Under the pieces are notes generated by a model. That model was not told the origin of the DNA. It saw only the letters and a list, made by a program, of their open reading frames with translations, and did no database searches. Below, piece by piece: positions 36,705-50,719 of a DNA stretch of 64,000 nt (position 1 is its first letter; each line of letters starts with the position of its first letter). The position numbers and the translations under genes were made by a program. The DNA is taken from positions 19,955,269 through 20,019,268 of the forward strand of contig NC_057720.1 in the NCBI RefSeq assembly GCF_004010195.1. Reading direction: 5' to 3'. The stretch is from Chiloscyllium plagiosum (taxonomy: Eukaryota).

Positions 36705-37755
36705 CATCACCAAGGTTAGATCACATAGAATACAAGGAGAACTAGCCATTTGGATACAGAACTGGTTCAAACGGTGGTAGTGGAGGATTGCTTTCCAGGC
36801 TGGAGGCCTGTGACCAGTGGTGTGCCACAAGGATTGGTGTTGGATGCACTGCTTTTGTCATTTATAGAAGTGATTTGGATGTGAACATAGAAGATATGGC
36901 CAGTAAGTTTGCAGATCACACCAAAATTGGTGGTGTAGGGGACAAAGAAGGCTACCTCAGGTTACAAATGAGACTGGTGGGCACAGAAATGGCAGTTGGA
37001 GTTTAATTTCGATAAATGGAAGGTGCTGCATTTTGGAAAGGCAACTCAGAGCAAGACTTATACAATTTATAGTACAGCCCTGGGGAGTGATGCTGAATAA
37101 AAAGACCTTGGAGTGCAGGTTCATAATTCCTTGGAAGTGGAATTGCAAGTAGATAGGTTAGTGATTGTCTTTACTGGTCAGTGCATTGAGAAAAGAAGTT
37201 GGGAGGCCATGTTGCAGCTGTATAGGACATTGATTCGGCTGCTTTGGAAAACTGTGTGCAATTTTGGTCTATAGGGAGGATTTTATGAAACTACAAAGAG
37301 TTCAGAAAAGACTTACGAGAATGTTGCCAGGGTTGAAGGGTTTGAACTATAGGGTGAGGCTGAGTAAGCTGGGGCTACTTTCCCTGGTGCTTCGGAGGCT
37401 GAGGGGTGACCTTACAGAAGTGTATAAAATCATGAGGGGCATGGATAGGGTAAATATGGGAAAAGACCTTGCCTGGTTAGGAATTCCAAAGCTACAGGGC
37501 ATAGGTTTAAGGTGAGAGGGAAAAGATACAAAAGGGACTCAGGGGTAATTTTTTCAAGCAGAGGCTGATGCATGAGCTGCCAGAGGAAGTGGTGGAGGCT
37601 GGTATGATGACATTTAAAAAGCATCTGAGTGGGTATATGAATGGAAGGGTTTAGAGGGATATGGGGCAAATGCTGGCAAAAGGGACCAGATTTATGTAGA
37701 CAGGGACAAGTTGGACCGAAAGATCTCTTTCAGAGCTGGGTATCTCTAAGACTCT
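36705..37755 (+). mobile_element. CR1/HER1 3' part
   Basis: KFADHTKIGG, RRLRGDLTEVYKIMRG and a HER1 tail. Confidence 0.85.
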
Positions 37756-37992
37756 TAATATTAGTCCCAGTACCAGCGACATTCTTTTATTAAACATGCA
37801 GCTTATCTACATTTCCCAGAGCTCAAGCAGTCCCTTCAAATAAAAAGTCAAACTTGCAAGAACCAAACTCTAGTAATTGTACTTTTTCTTTTACTGATTT
37901 TTATCTCCAGCACAGTTCTTGAAGACATGGTATGAACATGCTCCAAACTACTTTTACACCATTCAACTGAATACAAAAAATATATTGCTATG

Positions 37993-38225
37993 TGTAGTGA
38001 TTGGAACCAGGGCCAGGTGGATCTCATTGACTATGATATTCTTCATTGGGGTTGTTAACCTGGGCAATTCAGGGAGCCTTGGCTGATGGATATAAGCAGG
38101 AGATTCAGACGGGCTCCTCTGTGTAGGTACTGGCTTGGAGATGGATGGTCACAGCCCACCTACACTACTCATGTAAATAAAGGGTGACTTGGTGATGGGA
38201 TATTGATCTTTGTGCAGTTATTTCA
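37993..38225 (+). mobile_element. Possible solo LTR
   Basis: TG...CA ends, internal tataag and aataaa in LTR-like order; no convincing target-site duplication. Confidence 0.4.
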
Positions 38226-38793
38226 GTAACTAATTGCTTAAGTTCAAAATGCAAACTGAATATTTTCATCAGGTTTTAAAAGCTACTTATATACTAAATA
38301 TTTTGTGCAATCTATTTGCAATTCATTTCATTTGCTTAGTCCAACAATTACTTTTACTTGTTACTGTGGCAATAGTCCTGATGTCATTGAAGTATTTATG
38401 AACCTCTTTTCAATGCCTCCTGTGCAGACATGTCCAAGAGTAGAACGGCTATCCCTTCTCTGTGCTTACACCAATGTTTCCAGCATAGCTTTCAAGAAAC
38501 TTGACACCTGCACATTCTCTCCTTTAGTCATTTTACAAAGCAACTTGGACTTGGGTCTGCGCAGCAAGGATTTACCACTCCCATTAAATGTGGGAGCTGA
38601 CACTTAAATACATGATCTAGACTCTTACTACCTCCATTGACCACTTATTAGATGTGCAGTCAACGTGGGATATGCCAGCTACAAGCACACCAATGAGTTT
38701 GAACAGCAGGCCACACTGACCAGGTGTAGGAAAAGAGCCATGTTCCTTCCATGAAATAGGGTTAAATCCAAAAATGAATTTGAAGTGTTATTA

Positions 38794-39705
38794 CCATATA
38801 TATTCATGTAAAAGTTGAATTTTTTTTGACTAATTTTAAAGGTTCAATTTATAGGGTGGACTAATACACGGGCACTAGTTTTGAGGGTCTGAAATTCATG
38901 CTGTGTTCAAAATACTGCATTATTAGCAGAGATTGATTTGCTTGCTCAACTAATCTTGGGTAAAGAAGAAAAACAGAATGAATTACGGTAAAGGTAATTA
39001 CTAGGTAAAAGCAAGAGAAACAAGAATGAATTACAGTAATTTTATTCATACATACTGGTACGAAAATTTAACATGTCAAAGAATCATTAATATTCTGTAA
39101 AATCACACTGTTCAACATCATCGTGATCTGGTATAATGGCATACTTAAAATGAAACATTTATTAAATTCTGAATGTGTAAGCATCTTGAGCTTTACTACC
39201 AAATTCTTCCGTTTCCCTCCCATTTACTCTTGTAAGTTATGAACCTCAGCAACATATATCTTTAACAAATTTGTCAAAGAATTAATGCAGCTAATATATA
39301 TCACTTTTATTCAGACGTAACGGCACAATTAAAATGATTAACTTTTTAACGATATTAACGTTTGGATGTACAATGAACAAACTGCGATAAGTACCGATAG
39401 ACTTAGTACCGGGCTGAATGAATGATTGAAACAAAACGTGCTGTAATAAACCAAAAGTGGGCTAAGTAGAGTTAAAATGTGTTGCTGGAAAAGCGCAGCA
39501 GTAGAGTTACCAGTATGAATGGATGAATTAATGCGATTTTGTTTAAGTGGGTTAATGGGAACATGCACTTTCCTTTGCAAGAGATTTATAATGCAATACA
39601 GTAGGATCGACTTTTACACGAGATATGTGGAAAATACAAGATTTTTTGGCCAAAAATAAGGGGTCGACTTTTACATGAGATTGACTTTTACACAAGTATA
39701 TATGG
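38794..39705. mobile_element. pogo/Tigger-type non-autonomous DNA transposon
   Basis: TIRs ccatatatattcatgtaaaagt / acttttacacaagtatatatgg, TA duplication (38792-38793, 39706-39707), repeated subterminal gacttttaca. Confidence 0.75.
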
Positions 39706-40419
39706 TAGTCAAATTAGAAAAATTGCAATTTGTACCCTAAACTAGAGGTTGATAGAAAAGATTATTTCCACTGAAACTAAGGCTGAAAACCTCAAGAGCA
39801 AAGTAACACATTGAAACACCATAAATAGGAAAATACTTTTCTCATTTGGAAATAAATGAACTGCAGACCAAGGTGTACTTGGCTTTCTTAAAGAACATAT
39901 AATACGTATACACATATCTACTGTAACTCACATCAGATGCTGATATGACAATCACCATGGATGTATGCAACATAATGTAGTTTCCCCACAATGTGAATTT
40001 TGAGTGGTCTTATTTCAGTGTGGTATGCGGAGGGTGCAATTTGAAGCTATAAACAACTAATCATGAGTAGCCATTAGAGGTCTATAATAACAGATCTATT
40101 TCAAAGTGACTACTTGACTGATGCACACAAGATCTTGAGGGGCTTGTCAAGATGGATGCGGAATGGATGTTTCCTCTGGTGAAAAATCTAGAATTAGGAG
40201 TAAGTGTTCAAAAATAAGAGGCTGTACGCTTAAGACAGAGAACTTTTTTAAAAGGAAAAGATAATTCAGTCTCTTTGGAACTCTTCCTCAAAATGGTTCT
40301 CAAGTAAAATCTGAATAGTCTTAAGGCAGGGATAGATAGATTCTGGATATATAAAAGATCATTGGGGTAGTCCGGAATATGGAGTCGAGGTTAAAAATAA
40401 GATTAACCATGAACTTATT

Positions 40420-41810
40420 GATTAGATTTATTATTGTCACGTACAGAGATACAGTGAAATTATTGTCTTGTGTGCTAACCAGGCAAATCATAACTTGCAT
40501 AAGTACATTAGGGTAACAGCACAGAATGCAGAATAGAGTGTTAGAGCTACGGAGAAGATGTACAGAAAGATCAACTCGAATCCATTCATAAGTCTGATAA
40601 CAGCAGGAAAGTAACTGTTCTTAAATTGCTGGTATGGGTTTTCAAACTTTCCTATCTTCTGCCCGATAGAAGAGGGCGGAAGAGAGTATAATTGGAGTGG
40701 GAGGTGCCGTTGATTACATTGGCTGCTTTCCTGAGGTAGCAGGGACGTTATACACAGTCAATGGAAGGAAGGCTGGTTTTCGTGATGGACTGGGCTGCGT
40801 TCATAGCTCGCTGCAGTTTCTTGCTGTTTTGGGCACAGCAGTGGCCGTACTGAGCTATGATGCACTTGGACAGGATGCTTTCTATTGAACACCTACAAAA
40901 AGTGGCAAGAGTCATCGTAGACATGCAGGATTTTTACTTCTGAGGCTTTCTTAGCTGTAGCATTGACGTGGATGGACCAGGATAGATCGTTAGTGATAGT
41001 CACTCTGAGGAAACTGAAGCTCTCAAATGCCTCCATCTCATCACCATTGATACAGACAGGAGAGCTTCCTCCACACTACCTCCTGACATCTATCACCAGC
41101 TCCTTCACTTTGCTATCATTGAGGGAAAAGTTGTTGCCTTCACACTATACCACTATGCTGTATGTCTTTTCCTTGTACCCTTAATTGTTGTTGTTTGAGA
41201 TCTGACCCACTACGGTGGTATCATCAGCAATTTTGTAAATGGGAGTTCCAACTGTGTGGCTAAATTCAGCTGTGAGTGTATAAGGAGTACAGTAAGGGGC
41301 TGAGTATGTAGCCTTGCGATGCACCAGTGTTGTGGATTATTGAGGAGGAACTGTTGTTGCCTATCCAGTCAGGATCTGAATGCATGGTTGTGTATTCCAC
41401 CTGGGCCAGTCACTTTCCGTGGGTTTACCCTCAAGGCAGGCAATCTGACTGCAGCGGTGACTGTGGCTACAGGTGCATCCGAGACCATCAGGGCAGGTGA
41501 CGTCATTTCACTGACCTTCTGTTCAAAACGAGCATATATTGCATTCAGCTCATTGGGGAGGGATGCATTGTTGTCAGTGATTCTACTCGCCTTTGCTTTG
41601 TAACCTCTTATATCATATAAGCCTTGCGATAAGTCAACATGTATTCGTGTGGTTAGTCTGGGAGTCTCGTCTGGTATTGTCTCTTAGTGTCGCTCATGGC
41701 TTTATTAAGATTGTACCTAAATTTACTGTATAGGTCAGGATCAACCAACTTGAATGCTTCAGACCCAGCCTTCAGCAGGGAGTGCATCTTCTGGCTCTTC
41801 TATGGTTTCC
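40420..41810 (-). mobile_element. Rex1/Babar-like LINE fragment
   Basis: Minus-strand IYKIADDTTVVGQISNNN...SLNDSKVKELVIDVR, typical of the Rex1/Babar RT C-terminus. Confidence 0.65.
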
Positions 41811-41816
41811 ACTTAA

Positions 41817-42572
41817 GAGTCATAGTGATGCACAGCATGGAAACAGGCCCTTCAGTCCAACCCATCCATGCAGACCAGATATCCCAACCCAATCTAGTCC
41901 CACCTGCCAGCACCTGGCCTATATCCCTCCAAACCCTTCCTATTCATGTACCCATCCAAATGACTTTTAAATGTTGCAATTGTACCAGCCTCCACCACTT
42001 CCTCTGGCAGCTCATTCCATACACATACCACCCTCTGCGTGAAAAGGTTGCCCCTTAGGTCTCTTTTATATCTTTCCCCTCTCACCCTAAACCTATGCCC
42101 TCTAGTTCTGGACACCCCAACCCCAATGAAAAGACCTTGTCTATTTACTCTATCCATGCCCCTCACGATTTTGTAAACCTCTATAAGGTTACCCCTCAGC
42201 CTCCGATGCTCCAGGGAAAACAGCCCCAGCCTGTTCAGCCTCTCCCTATAGCTTAACACCTCCAACCGTGGCAACATTCTTATAAATCTTTTCTGAACCC
42301 TTTCAGGTTTTGCAACATCCTTCCGAAAAGGAGACCAGAATTGCACGCAATATTCCAACAGTAGTCTAACCAAAGTCCTGTACAGCTGCAACAGGACCTC
42401 CCAACTCCTGTACTCAATACTCTGACCAATAAAGGAAAGCATACCAAACGCCTTCTTCACTATCCTATCTACCTGCGACTCTACTTTCAAGGAGCTATGA
42501 ACCTGCACTCCAAGGTCTCTTTGTTAAGCAACACTCCCTAGGATCTTACCATTAAGTGTATAAGTCCTGCTT
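41817..42572 (-). mobile_element. CR1/HER1 3' end (young)
   Basis: Open ORF 41894-42508 (204 aa) and a HER1 tail. Confidence 0.92.
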
Positions 42573-42697
42573 AGGGAAAACTTGGATTAACTTCTTTGGT
42601 ACACTATCCACTTACTGATTAAGTCTGTGACAGTAGTTGGATACTGAAAGGTTTCAGCACATTTGAAGGGTTGAGAGGTCTACTCCTACTTCTAGAT

Positions 42698-43620
42698 GCA
42701 TAGAATACAGGGGAAGGACCAGGCAATTTAGTCCCTTGAGTCCACTCTGCAATTCAATGTGATCATGGCTGATCATTCAAATCGGTACCCCAGTGGGTGG
42801 CACAGTGGCCCAGTGGTTAGCACTGTTGTCTCACAGCGCCAAGGACCTGGGTTCAATTGCCACCTTAGGCGACTGTCTGTGTGGAGTTTGCACATTCTCT
42901 CCGTGTCGGCATGGATTTCCTCCCACAATCCAAAGATATGCAGGTCAGGTGAATTGGGCATGCTAAAGTTGTCCAGTGTTCAGGGATGTGTAGGTTAGGT
43001 GTAATAGTCTGGGGTCAACATAGAGCAATAGGGGAATGGGTCTGAGTGAGTTGCTCTTCGGAGGGTCAGTGTGGACTTGTTGGGCCAAGAGGACTGTTCC
43101 ACACTGTAGTGATTCCATATATTCCCACCTTCTCCCCATACTCTTTGATGTCTTTAATCCAACAAACTATATCTACTTCTTTCTTGAAAGTCTTCAACAT
43201 TTTGGTGTCAACAGTTTCTAACCCCAGAGAATTTAACAGGCTCACCATTCTCTGGGTGAAGAAATTCATCTTTAATCTGACCCATATCCTTGGTCTGTGA
43301 CCCCATGATTTTGAACTCCCTGGTCATCGAACACTCTTCCTGTATCCACTCTGTCTCATCCTGTTATAAATTTAAAGATTTCGACAAGCTCCCCCCTTAT
43401 TCTTCTAAACTCTAGTGAATATAGTACTAAGCAACCCAGTCTCTCCCCACATGCCAGTCCAACTATCCCAGGAATCAGTCCGATAAACCTTCTTTGCACT
43501 CCTTCAATAGCCAGAACATCCTTCCTCAGATAAGGTGAAACTGCACGCAATACTCCAGGTGTGCTCTTACGAATGCTCTGTACAGTTGCAGCAAAACATT
43601 TTTGTTCCTGTAGTTGAAAT
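42698..43620 (-). mobile_element. Older CR1 3' part, split by an HE1 SINE
   Basis: SPYLRKDVLAIEGVQRRF, NFFTQRMVSL. Confidence 0.75.
42794..43115 (+). mobile_element. HE1-type V-SINE
   Basis: tRNA-like head, V domain, tail ttgggccaagaggactgttccacactg. Confidence 0.85.
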
Positions 43621-44207
43621 TCTAATTCATATAACTGATTACATGAAAACATAAGAAATAGGAGTTGAAGAGGACTATTTGGCCCCTTGTTCCTACTCCA
43701 TCATACAAAACCTACCTTAGTGTTATCTGCGAATTTAGTGTACTGCGCACTTTTGCTTCCTCATTTAATTCATTGATGTAAATAGTAAAGATTTGAGGCA
43801 TAAGCACAAAACCATGTGGGATTTAACTTATTATATCCTGTCAATTAGACAATGGCCTATTAATGCATACTCTATTTTCTGTTAGCTCATCAAACTGTTA
43901 TCCCACATACCATGTGCATTTATATTCTGCAATAACCTTTAAAGTGGCACCTTACATGCCTCTGGAAATCCTAGTTTTTTATATCTCAAAGTGTTATTGC
44001 ATACAACTTTTTCTCCCCCCACCAAAGCATAATATTTCCAGATATTTTCAAAATCAACCCGCTCAGGAGATGTTATGACATGCCCCTGGGACTTGAACCC
44101 AGGTCTCCTGGCTCAGAGGTAGAGACACTTCCCACTGTATGACAAGAGCCCCAACAGGTTGATGAGAAAACATCTGGTTACATCAAAACGTATAGCTAAT
44201 ATCTCTT

Positions 44208-44345
44208 AGAGTCATAGAGATGTACAGCATGGAAACAGACCCTTCGGTCCAACCTGTCCACGCCGACCAGATATCCCAACCCAATCTAGTCCCACCTGCC
44301 AGCACCCAGCCCATATCCCTCCAAACCTTCCTATTCATATACCTC
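44208..44345 (-). mobile_element. HER1 3' tail only
   Basis: agagtcatagagatgtacagcatggaaacagacccttcggtccaac... Confidence 0.85.
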
Positions 44346-47300
44346 TTAAATGATCAATTTTAATGCTTTCCCCACAACAAATACCAGGCCAATTAGCCAA
44401 TAGTCTCCTGGTTTGTGCCTTCCTCCCTTTTTGCATTGAGGGGTTAAATTAGTTACTTTGCAGTCCAATGGAACTTTTCTTGAATTTACGGAATTTTGGA
44501 AAATTAAGACCCAACACAACTAGACCTCATTAGCAACCATTACAAGATCCTAAAAGTTATGGAATACTGGTTTCCAATTTTAAATATTTTGTCTGAGCAT
44601 AAACTGGCATCACACTTCAGTACTGTGCAGAATCTATGGAATTCTGTATCCAGTGAAACAACTGATGCTGCAGTGTAGAATTTTTTTAAGACCAAGATAG
44701 ATTTTGATTAGTAAAGGAATTAAGGGTTACAGTGAGTGGGCATTTAAGTGGAGCTGAGCCCACAAAGAGATCAGCTCTTATTGAATGGCGGAGCAGGCTG
44801 AATGGCCCAGATGGCTTACTCCTCCTTTTATTTCTTATGTTCTTAACTTTCAGTGTAACTGTGCTGCTGCCCTTAAGGGGCATCTCCAAGATGCCTTACA
44901 TCACTGGGGGAACTGGCTTCACCTTCCTGCAATGCATCGAAGCCTAGACAACAAGCCATAACAGAGGCATCTGTGAAAGGCCAGCTTGGGAGGTTGGCTG
45001 CAAAGCGGAGCATGGAGAGTTAAGTGAGCATTTTAGAAAATGTTTTACCATCAGATAAAATCTGTTCCTATGGTAAGGAGGCATTCTGGGTCTGCATTCC
45101 CTTTAGGGAGGGAAATTTGCTATTCTTACCTAGTCTGGCAAACATACAACTCCAGACTCTCAGTAATGATCGATTCTCAAGCACTCTCTGAAAAAGCCCA
45201 GAAAGCCACTCATTATATTGAATCATTACAGAAATGACAAAAAGAAATGCAAAACAGATTAACCACCTGGCATCCAGAACCAGATCAAACAATCTTACAA
45301 AGTCCTCTGTCAAACATCAGGTGACTTGTGTGAAAATTGGGAGAGCTGTCTTATGGACCAGTTAAGCAACAGTCTGGCATGTTTCCATAGGTATTGCTGT
45401 GTTCAAGATGGCACCATCCCTATCCCAGAATATGCCCCTTTTCCCCAGCAGGACAGACCCACTAAAGCCAGCAAAATGGAATACACAGTAGTCAGGAAAA
45501 GAATCAGAGGGATAGCCCGTACCACAATGTTACATTCCACTGGGCTCAGAGGCACCTTTAAAATGAGCTTTTGGTTGACCAAACACTTCAATCATACAGA
45601 TGAGGTGAATGCATGGAATTTAACCTGTACAGGCCTGGCATCTCATGACTCATGCCCCCTGGGCATAAATGTTAGGGTAATCCCATTTTTAGTCCTTTGG
45701 TCTAAAATTTTAAATCATTCGTTTGATTCTCAACAGTTTCAGGACACTGACAACACCAGTATTCAACTTCATATTGTAAAGGATGCCTAAACTGTCAATT
45801 CAAGAGCCTTCCTCACATTACTTACACGAGTCACTGACTTGACTAGCATTCATTGTCTATCCCTAGTTGCCCTTGAGAAGGTGCTAGCGACTGGCCTTCT
45901 TTAACTACTGCAGTATATGGTACACCCACAACAATGTCAGGGAGGCAGTTACAACATTTTGACCCAATCACACGGAGAGAACGAAGATACATTCAAAGTC
46001 ATGATAATGAATGGCTTGGAGAGGAACTCAAGTGGTCGTAGTGGTTTTCCCATACATCTGCTGCCCTTACCCTTTTAAATAGCAGTTGTGTGTTTGGAAG
46101 GTGCCAAGAGCCTTAGTAAATTTCTCACTCTATCATACAGATGAAGAAAAAAAGGAACAAAAAGTAGAACAGTAAGCTGTTGGTGAACTCCACAAAGACG
46201 TTAAAGAATAAATTGCAACATGAAAAGATTTGCTATGTTAAATGACTTGCCATTACATCACAACAGGAAGCTCTCCACAGAAAGAAAATGAGAACAGATG
46301 CTGCACAGTTCACCATACAATATTAATACTGCCAAACAGCAAAAAAAGTCCTCTTTAAAAGCACTTAGTCACTATTAAAAATTAACACTAGAATCGACCA
46401 ATTATTTCATGTTCAATATTCAACTGAATCCTGTATTCAAGTCATTTTACCATTAAAAAGTGCAACTTTTCTATGAAATGCAATTTTGAATCATTTTAGA
46501 GATGGTTAGTTTCACCTTTACCAGCAAAAAAAAGTTTTAGTTTTGGAAACTGAAAACATATGTGCCCTTATAATTTCATACTAACTTATATGCAAATATA
46601 AATTTTAATATATACTCACCAATGGAAATTCCAAATATAAATTTATTCAGTTTGAAGACCACTTAATTTATTTGAATTATAGTATAGAAATACTGTTTAA
46701 CTGCTTAACATTTGAGTTGGATCTTTGAAGTGAAACAGAAGTTTAAAGTTTATGTTGATGCTGGAATTAACTATTCTATTAATCATCAACATGAGATGAA
46801 GCTCAATCCACACTAAATTCTACCACTGAAAGCATCAAAAACTACTCCATCAGGGTATGATCTTTCTTTGCTAGAAAACTACGCACTCTGTCTCTAAACG
46901 TTTAGACCATATGATTGCAATCCTTGAAACACTTCCTAAAAATTAAAAATATAGAAATTACAGCACACAGATAGTCCACGTTTCACACAAACTTCTTCCC
47001 ACCCCACTTCATCCCATATCGTTTCCTTTCTGAATTGCTTGCTATCTTCCAGTGCCTTACAAATGAAGACACCTGGGCCCCTTTAGACACCACCACTTTC
47101 CAATCGTTCACCGATTTAAAAAAAACTCTACATCTTTGCTCCTCCTACCCAATAATCATGTCTGTATCTACATTATAGTTAATCTATTACACTCTTGTCA
47201 ATTTTGTGTAAAGTTCCCTTGAAATCTCCTTGCATTAACCACATAATTCCTATTTCTTACAGATTTGTATCTGAAAATTGGGTATCACAATTGGCCTTCA

Positions 47301-47749
47301 CATCCAAATCACTGATAGGATTGTGAACAGCTGGGACCCAAGCACTGATCATTGCAGCACCTGATATACAGGCAGGAATACTGATAATCAAAATCTTACA
47401 AAACGAGACATTTCAATCATGCTTATTTCAAAAGTGTTTTTGAGCAGATTGTCAGAGATTAATTGACATGGTTCACTGCCACACATTGGATATCCCATGT
47501 TGCACGCTATTACTTAAGTATTTTGTTAATGGTTCTCATTCTAGTAGCATCTATTCAATAAATTCTGACTTTGTAAATCTTTCCTGGAAATTGCAAATGC
47601 TTATGTATGCATTTAAAATGAATTCCTAAATGCTTTTTCAAAAAGTAAACTCATAGAAGCTTTAAGAAGGCTGCAGTTTGCGAGATTAAATGATACAGGA
47701 TTTAAGGTGTATACAAAACTTAGAAACATCTCCAAAACGATTTCCACAA

Positions 47750-48530
47750 AATCAGGGTAGAACTTATACACTTAATGGGAAGGTCCTGGGGAGAGTGACC
47801 AAACAAAGGGACTTTGGAATGCAGGTTCATATTCCTTGAAAGTGGAGTTGCAGGTAGTCAGGGTAGTCATACTTGCTTTTATTGGCCAGTACATTGAGTA
47901 TAGGAGTTGGAAGGTAAAGTTGTGGCTGTACAGGATATTAATTGGGCAACTTTTGGAATGCTGGTTGCAATTCTGGTCTCTCTGCTATAGGAAAGATGTT
48001 ATGAAACTTGAAAGGGTTCAGAAGAAATTCACAAGGATGTTGCCAGGGTTGAAGGGATTGAGCTATAGGGAGAGGCTGAATAGGCTGGAGTTATTTTCTC
48101 TGGAGTGTAGGAGGCTGAGACGTAACGTCATTGAGGTTTATAAAATCATGAGGGGTGTGGATAAGGTGAAGAGTCAAGATCTTTTCCCCAGGATAGGGTA
48201 GTCCAAAATTAGAGGGTGTAAGTTTAAGGTTTCATCTTAAGTTTAAGGAAAGATTTAAAAAGGACCTAAATGGCAACTTTTTCACGCAGAGGGTGGTACA
48301 TGTATGGAATGAATTGCCATAGGAAGTAGTGGAATTTTGTACAATTACAATATTGAGAAGGCATCTGGATGGGTATATGAATAGGAAGGGTTTGGAGAGA
48401 TATAGCCCAAATGCTAGCAAATGGGACTACATTTATTTAGGATATCTAGTTCTAAATTCCTTCAGCCCAGAAGAATTGGACTGGAGGCTCTGTTTCCATG
48501 GTGTACATCTCTATGATTTTATGACTCTAT
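47750..48530 (+). mobile_element. CR1/HER1 3' part
   Basis: ORF 47836-48201; tail ctctatgattttatgactctat. Confidence 0.85.
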
Positions 48531-50719
48531 GTACATAAGGGAAGTGTGATGGCTAAGTGGAGAGCTCCCCCACCACAACTTAATTCAACTTCCTACAGTG
48601 AAGTCAGTTGGAAGTGAGCAGCAAAGGCAAAACATTCAAACCTGATTATATATTGGATATAAAAATGTTTGTTTACTTTCAGAACAGTTGCCGCATTTCA
48701 AAGAAAAACTTTCAAGTCATGTTAAAAAAGAAAAAAAAGGTACTATTTAAATGTAATGGCTTTTGAGTTCACAAACGATGATTGCACATTTCACAGACAT
48801 GAAGAAAAGCCTTAAATTGAATCCAATAAAAAAATTTGAAGATGATGCTATTGATGCTTCAGATATGACTTAAGAGATACTGAAAATTACTACATAATAG
48901 ACTTGTTCGCAAAATTAAAGATCATTGGATTAAAGGGATGCAGTGGTAGTGCGGATATAAAGTTGGCTAAGAGGAACTAGACAATAACAGGTGAAAGTGC
49001 GTCTAATTCTGGAAGAAAGCATTTCCCACAGCCCAGAATTATGCTTGGTGCTCTGTTAATGATATATTAATAACTTGGATGAGTTTATAGGTTAGGATTC
49101 CCTAAGTGGGAGTCAGCACACCAAGGAGGGCTAACAGCTAAAGTTCTGGGGACACAAGCTCCAGAGACATCGAGGAGTTGCAACAATTTTCAACTCAAAA
49201 TGGGGTCACAGTGGGAAAAGAGTCTAGGTATGTGCTAAAGGAGGCATAATTTCAAAGTATAACATTTATAATAAGTAATGAGGATATGGCCACCTTGGTG
49301 AATTGGGTAGGCATACTGTAGACTAAAAATTCAACGCTGATATCGAAGAGTGATGCATTTTGAAAGGAAATACAATTTCAAAGGGATTATGCAGAGAGAA
49401 TGCTGGAATGCGCAAAAAAGTTCTTTGAATGTGACCAGGACATGGATAAATCTGTTGCTACACAGGATCCTTGATTTAACATGCATACAGATATACAAGC
49501 AAAAGGAAATTTTCATGAGCCCTATCCAAGAAAGCGTGCCCAAGTTAGAGTTACATGCTTTGAGGAGGAAGTCAAGGCATTGGAAAGTCAAGATGAAATG
49601 TCGCAGAATATTACAAAGGTTAAACATATGTTAGTTTTTCTGAAGCTTGGATTGTCCATCTTTCAACAGATGACTTTTAGGGGCAAATTAATTAATGCAC
49701 ACAAATGAATGCATGGTTTGACAGCCTCCGTATGGAGAAACTTTTTCCACCAGCTACAGCTTCAGAAATTACAAGACACATTTCAAATAATCAGCTAAAG
49801 AACCAAAGAGATAAAGCAAATAAGGTGATCTTGAATGATCTGCCTTCAAATGGTGAAAGCTGATCAAGTAGTAATATTTAAAGAGAACTAGATTTAACTC
49901 GAAAAGTGAAGGTTTTCAAAGGTACAACAGCAAGTGAGCATTTGTCTGACTAGATAACACATTCAAAGAGCCAACATAAGCTAACCCTTTAACAGATTTG
50001 TTTTGAATGGATTGAATTAAGATGGTTATAAACAGAAACAGTATATTGCTTCTTGGCAAAAAAATGGAGGTGGACACCAGAGGAACTAATTCATCACCTA
50101 ATACTCTCAGCAAGTAATATGTGCAAGCTCATCTAAATATATTTGCACCAGTGATATAACTAGAAGATGCAGTATGGCATTTCCAAACTGAATTAAATAA
50201 AAGCACACCAAATGTAAAAGGGAATTTCCGCCTTTGGTAAGCGAGATTGATAAACTGCACCATGCAAAGCCAAGATCAATTCATCAAAACTCTAATGCAG
50301 CAAAAAAAAACAATGAGCAAAGCCTCTAAGATCAGAACCCAGATCTACCTAGTCCCAGAATAACAGCTTCTGATTCTGCCAAGCTGTCAGCAAATACTAA
50401 ATGCACACTAAACAATGAACTTCATGTTCTGAGACCCCTGTCAAAAAAGGAAAATTGACATCAACAGCTCAGCCTTTGCATTATGAATTTCTACCTTGTT
50501 GCTTTTACAAGTACCAGCATGGAAAAGCAAAAACTATTAACACAAATGCATTAAGGTAGGAACCACTATTTGAGAAGGTACTGCACATATCCCCAGAAAT
50601 GCAAAAGGTATGTTGCAAAGGTCAGAAATGATACTTTTGTGTCAGTCAAGGCTCAAATGGCAGCATTCTTGCTCTGAATTGCAAGTTTCCAGGCTCAAGT
50701 TCTACAATTAGGCAAGAAC

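Noticed and set aside
46620..46935. Possible extra exon on the minus strand (acceptor ttttaatttttag, donor gtgagt), including a KCFKD peptide
   Set aside because: The frames checked hit early stops and the true exon 3 is at 12860-13000. It could only be a non-coding or cryptic exon, which needs RNA evidence.
49916..50113. ORF starting LLRVL, resembling ARHGAP29 exon 3
   Set aside because: Similarity is limited to five residues, with no supporting splice sites or further homology.
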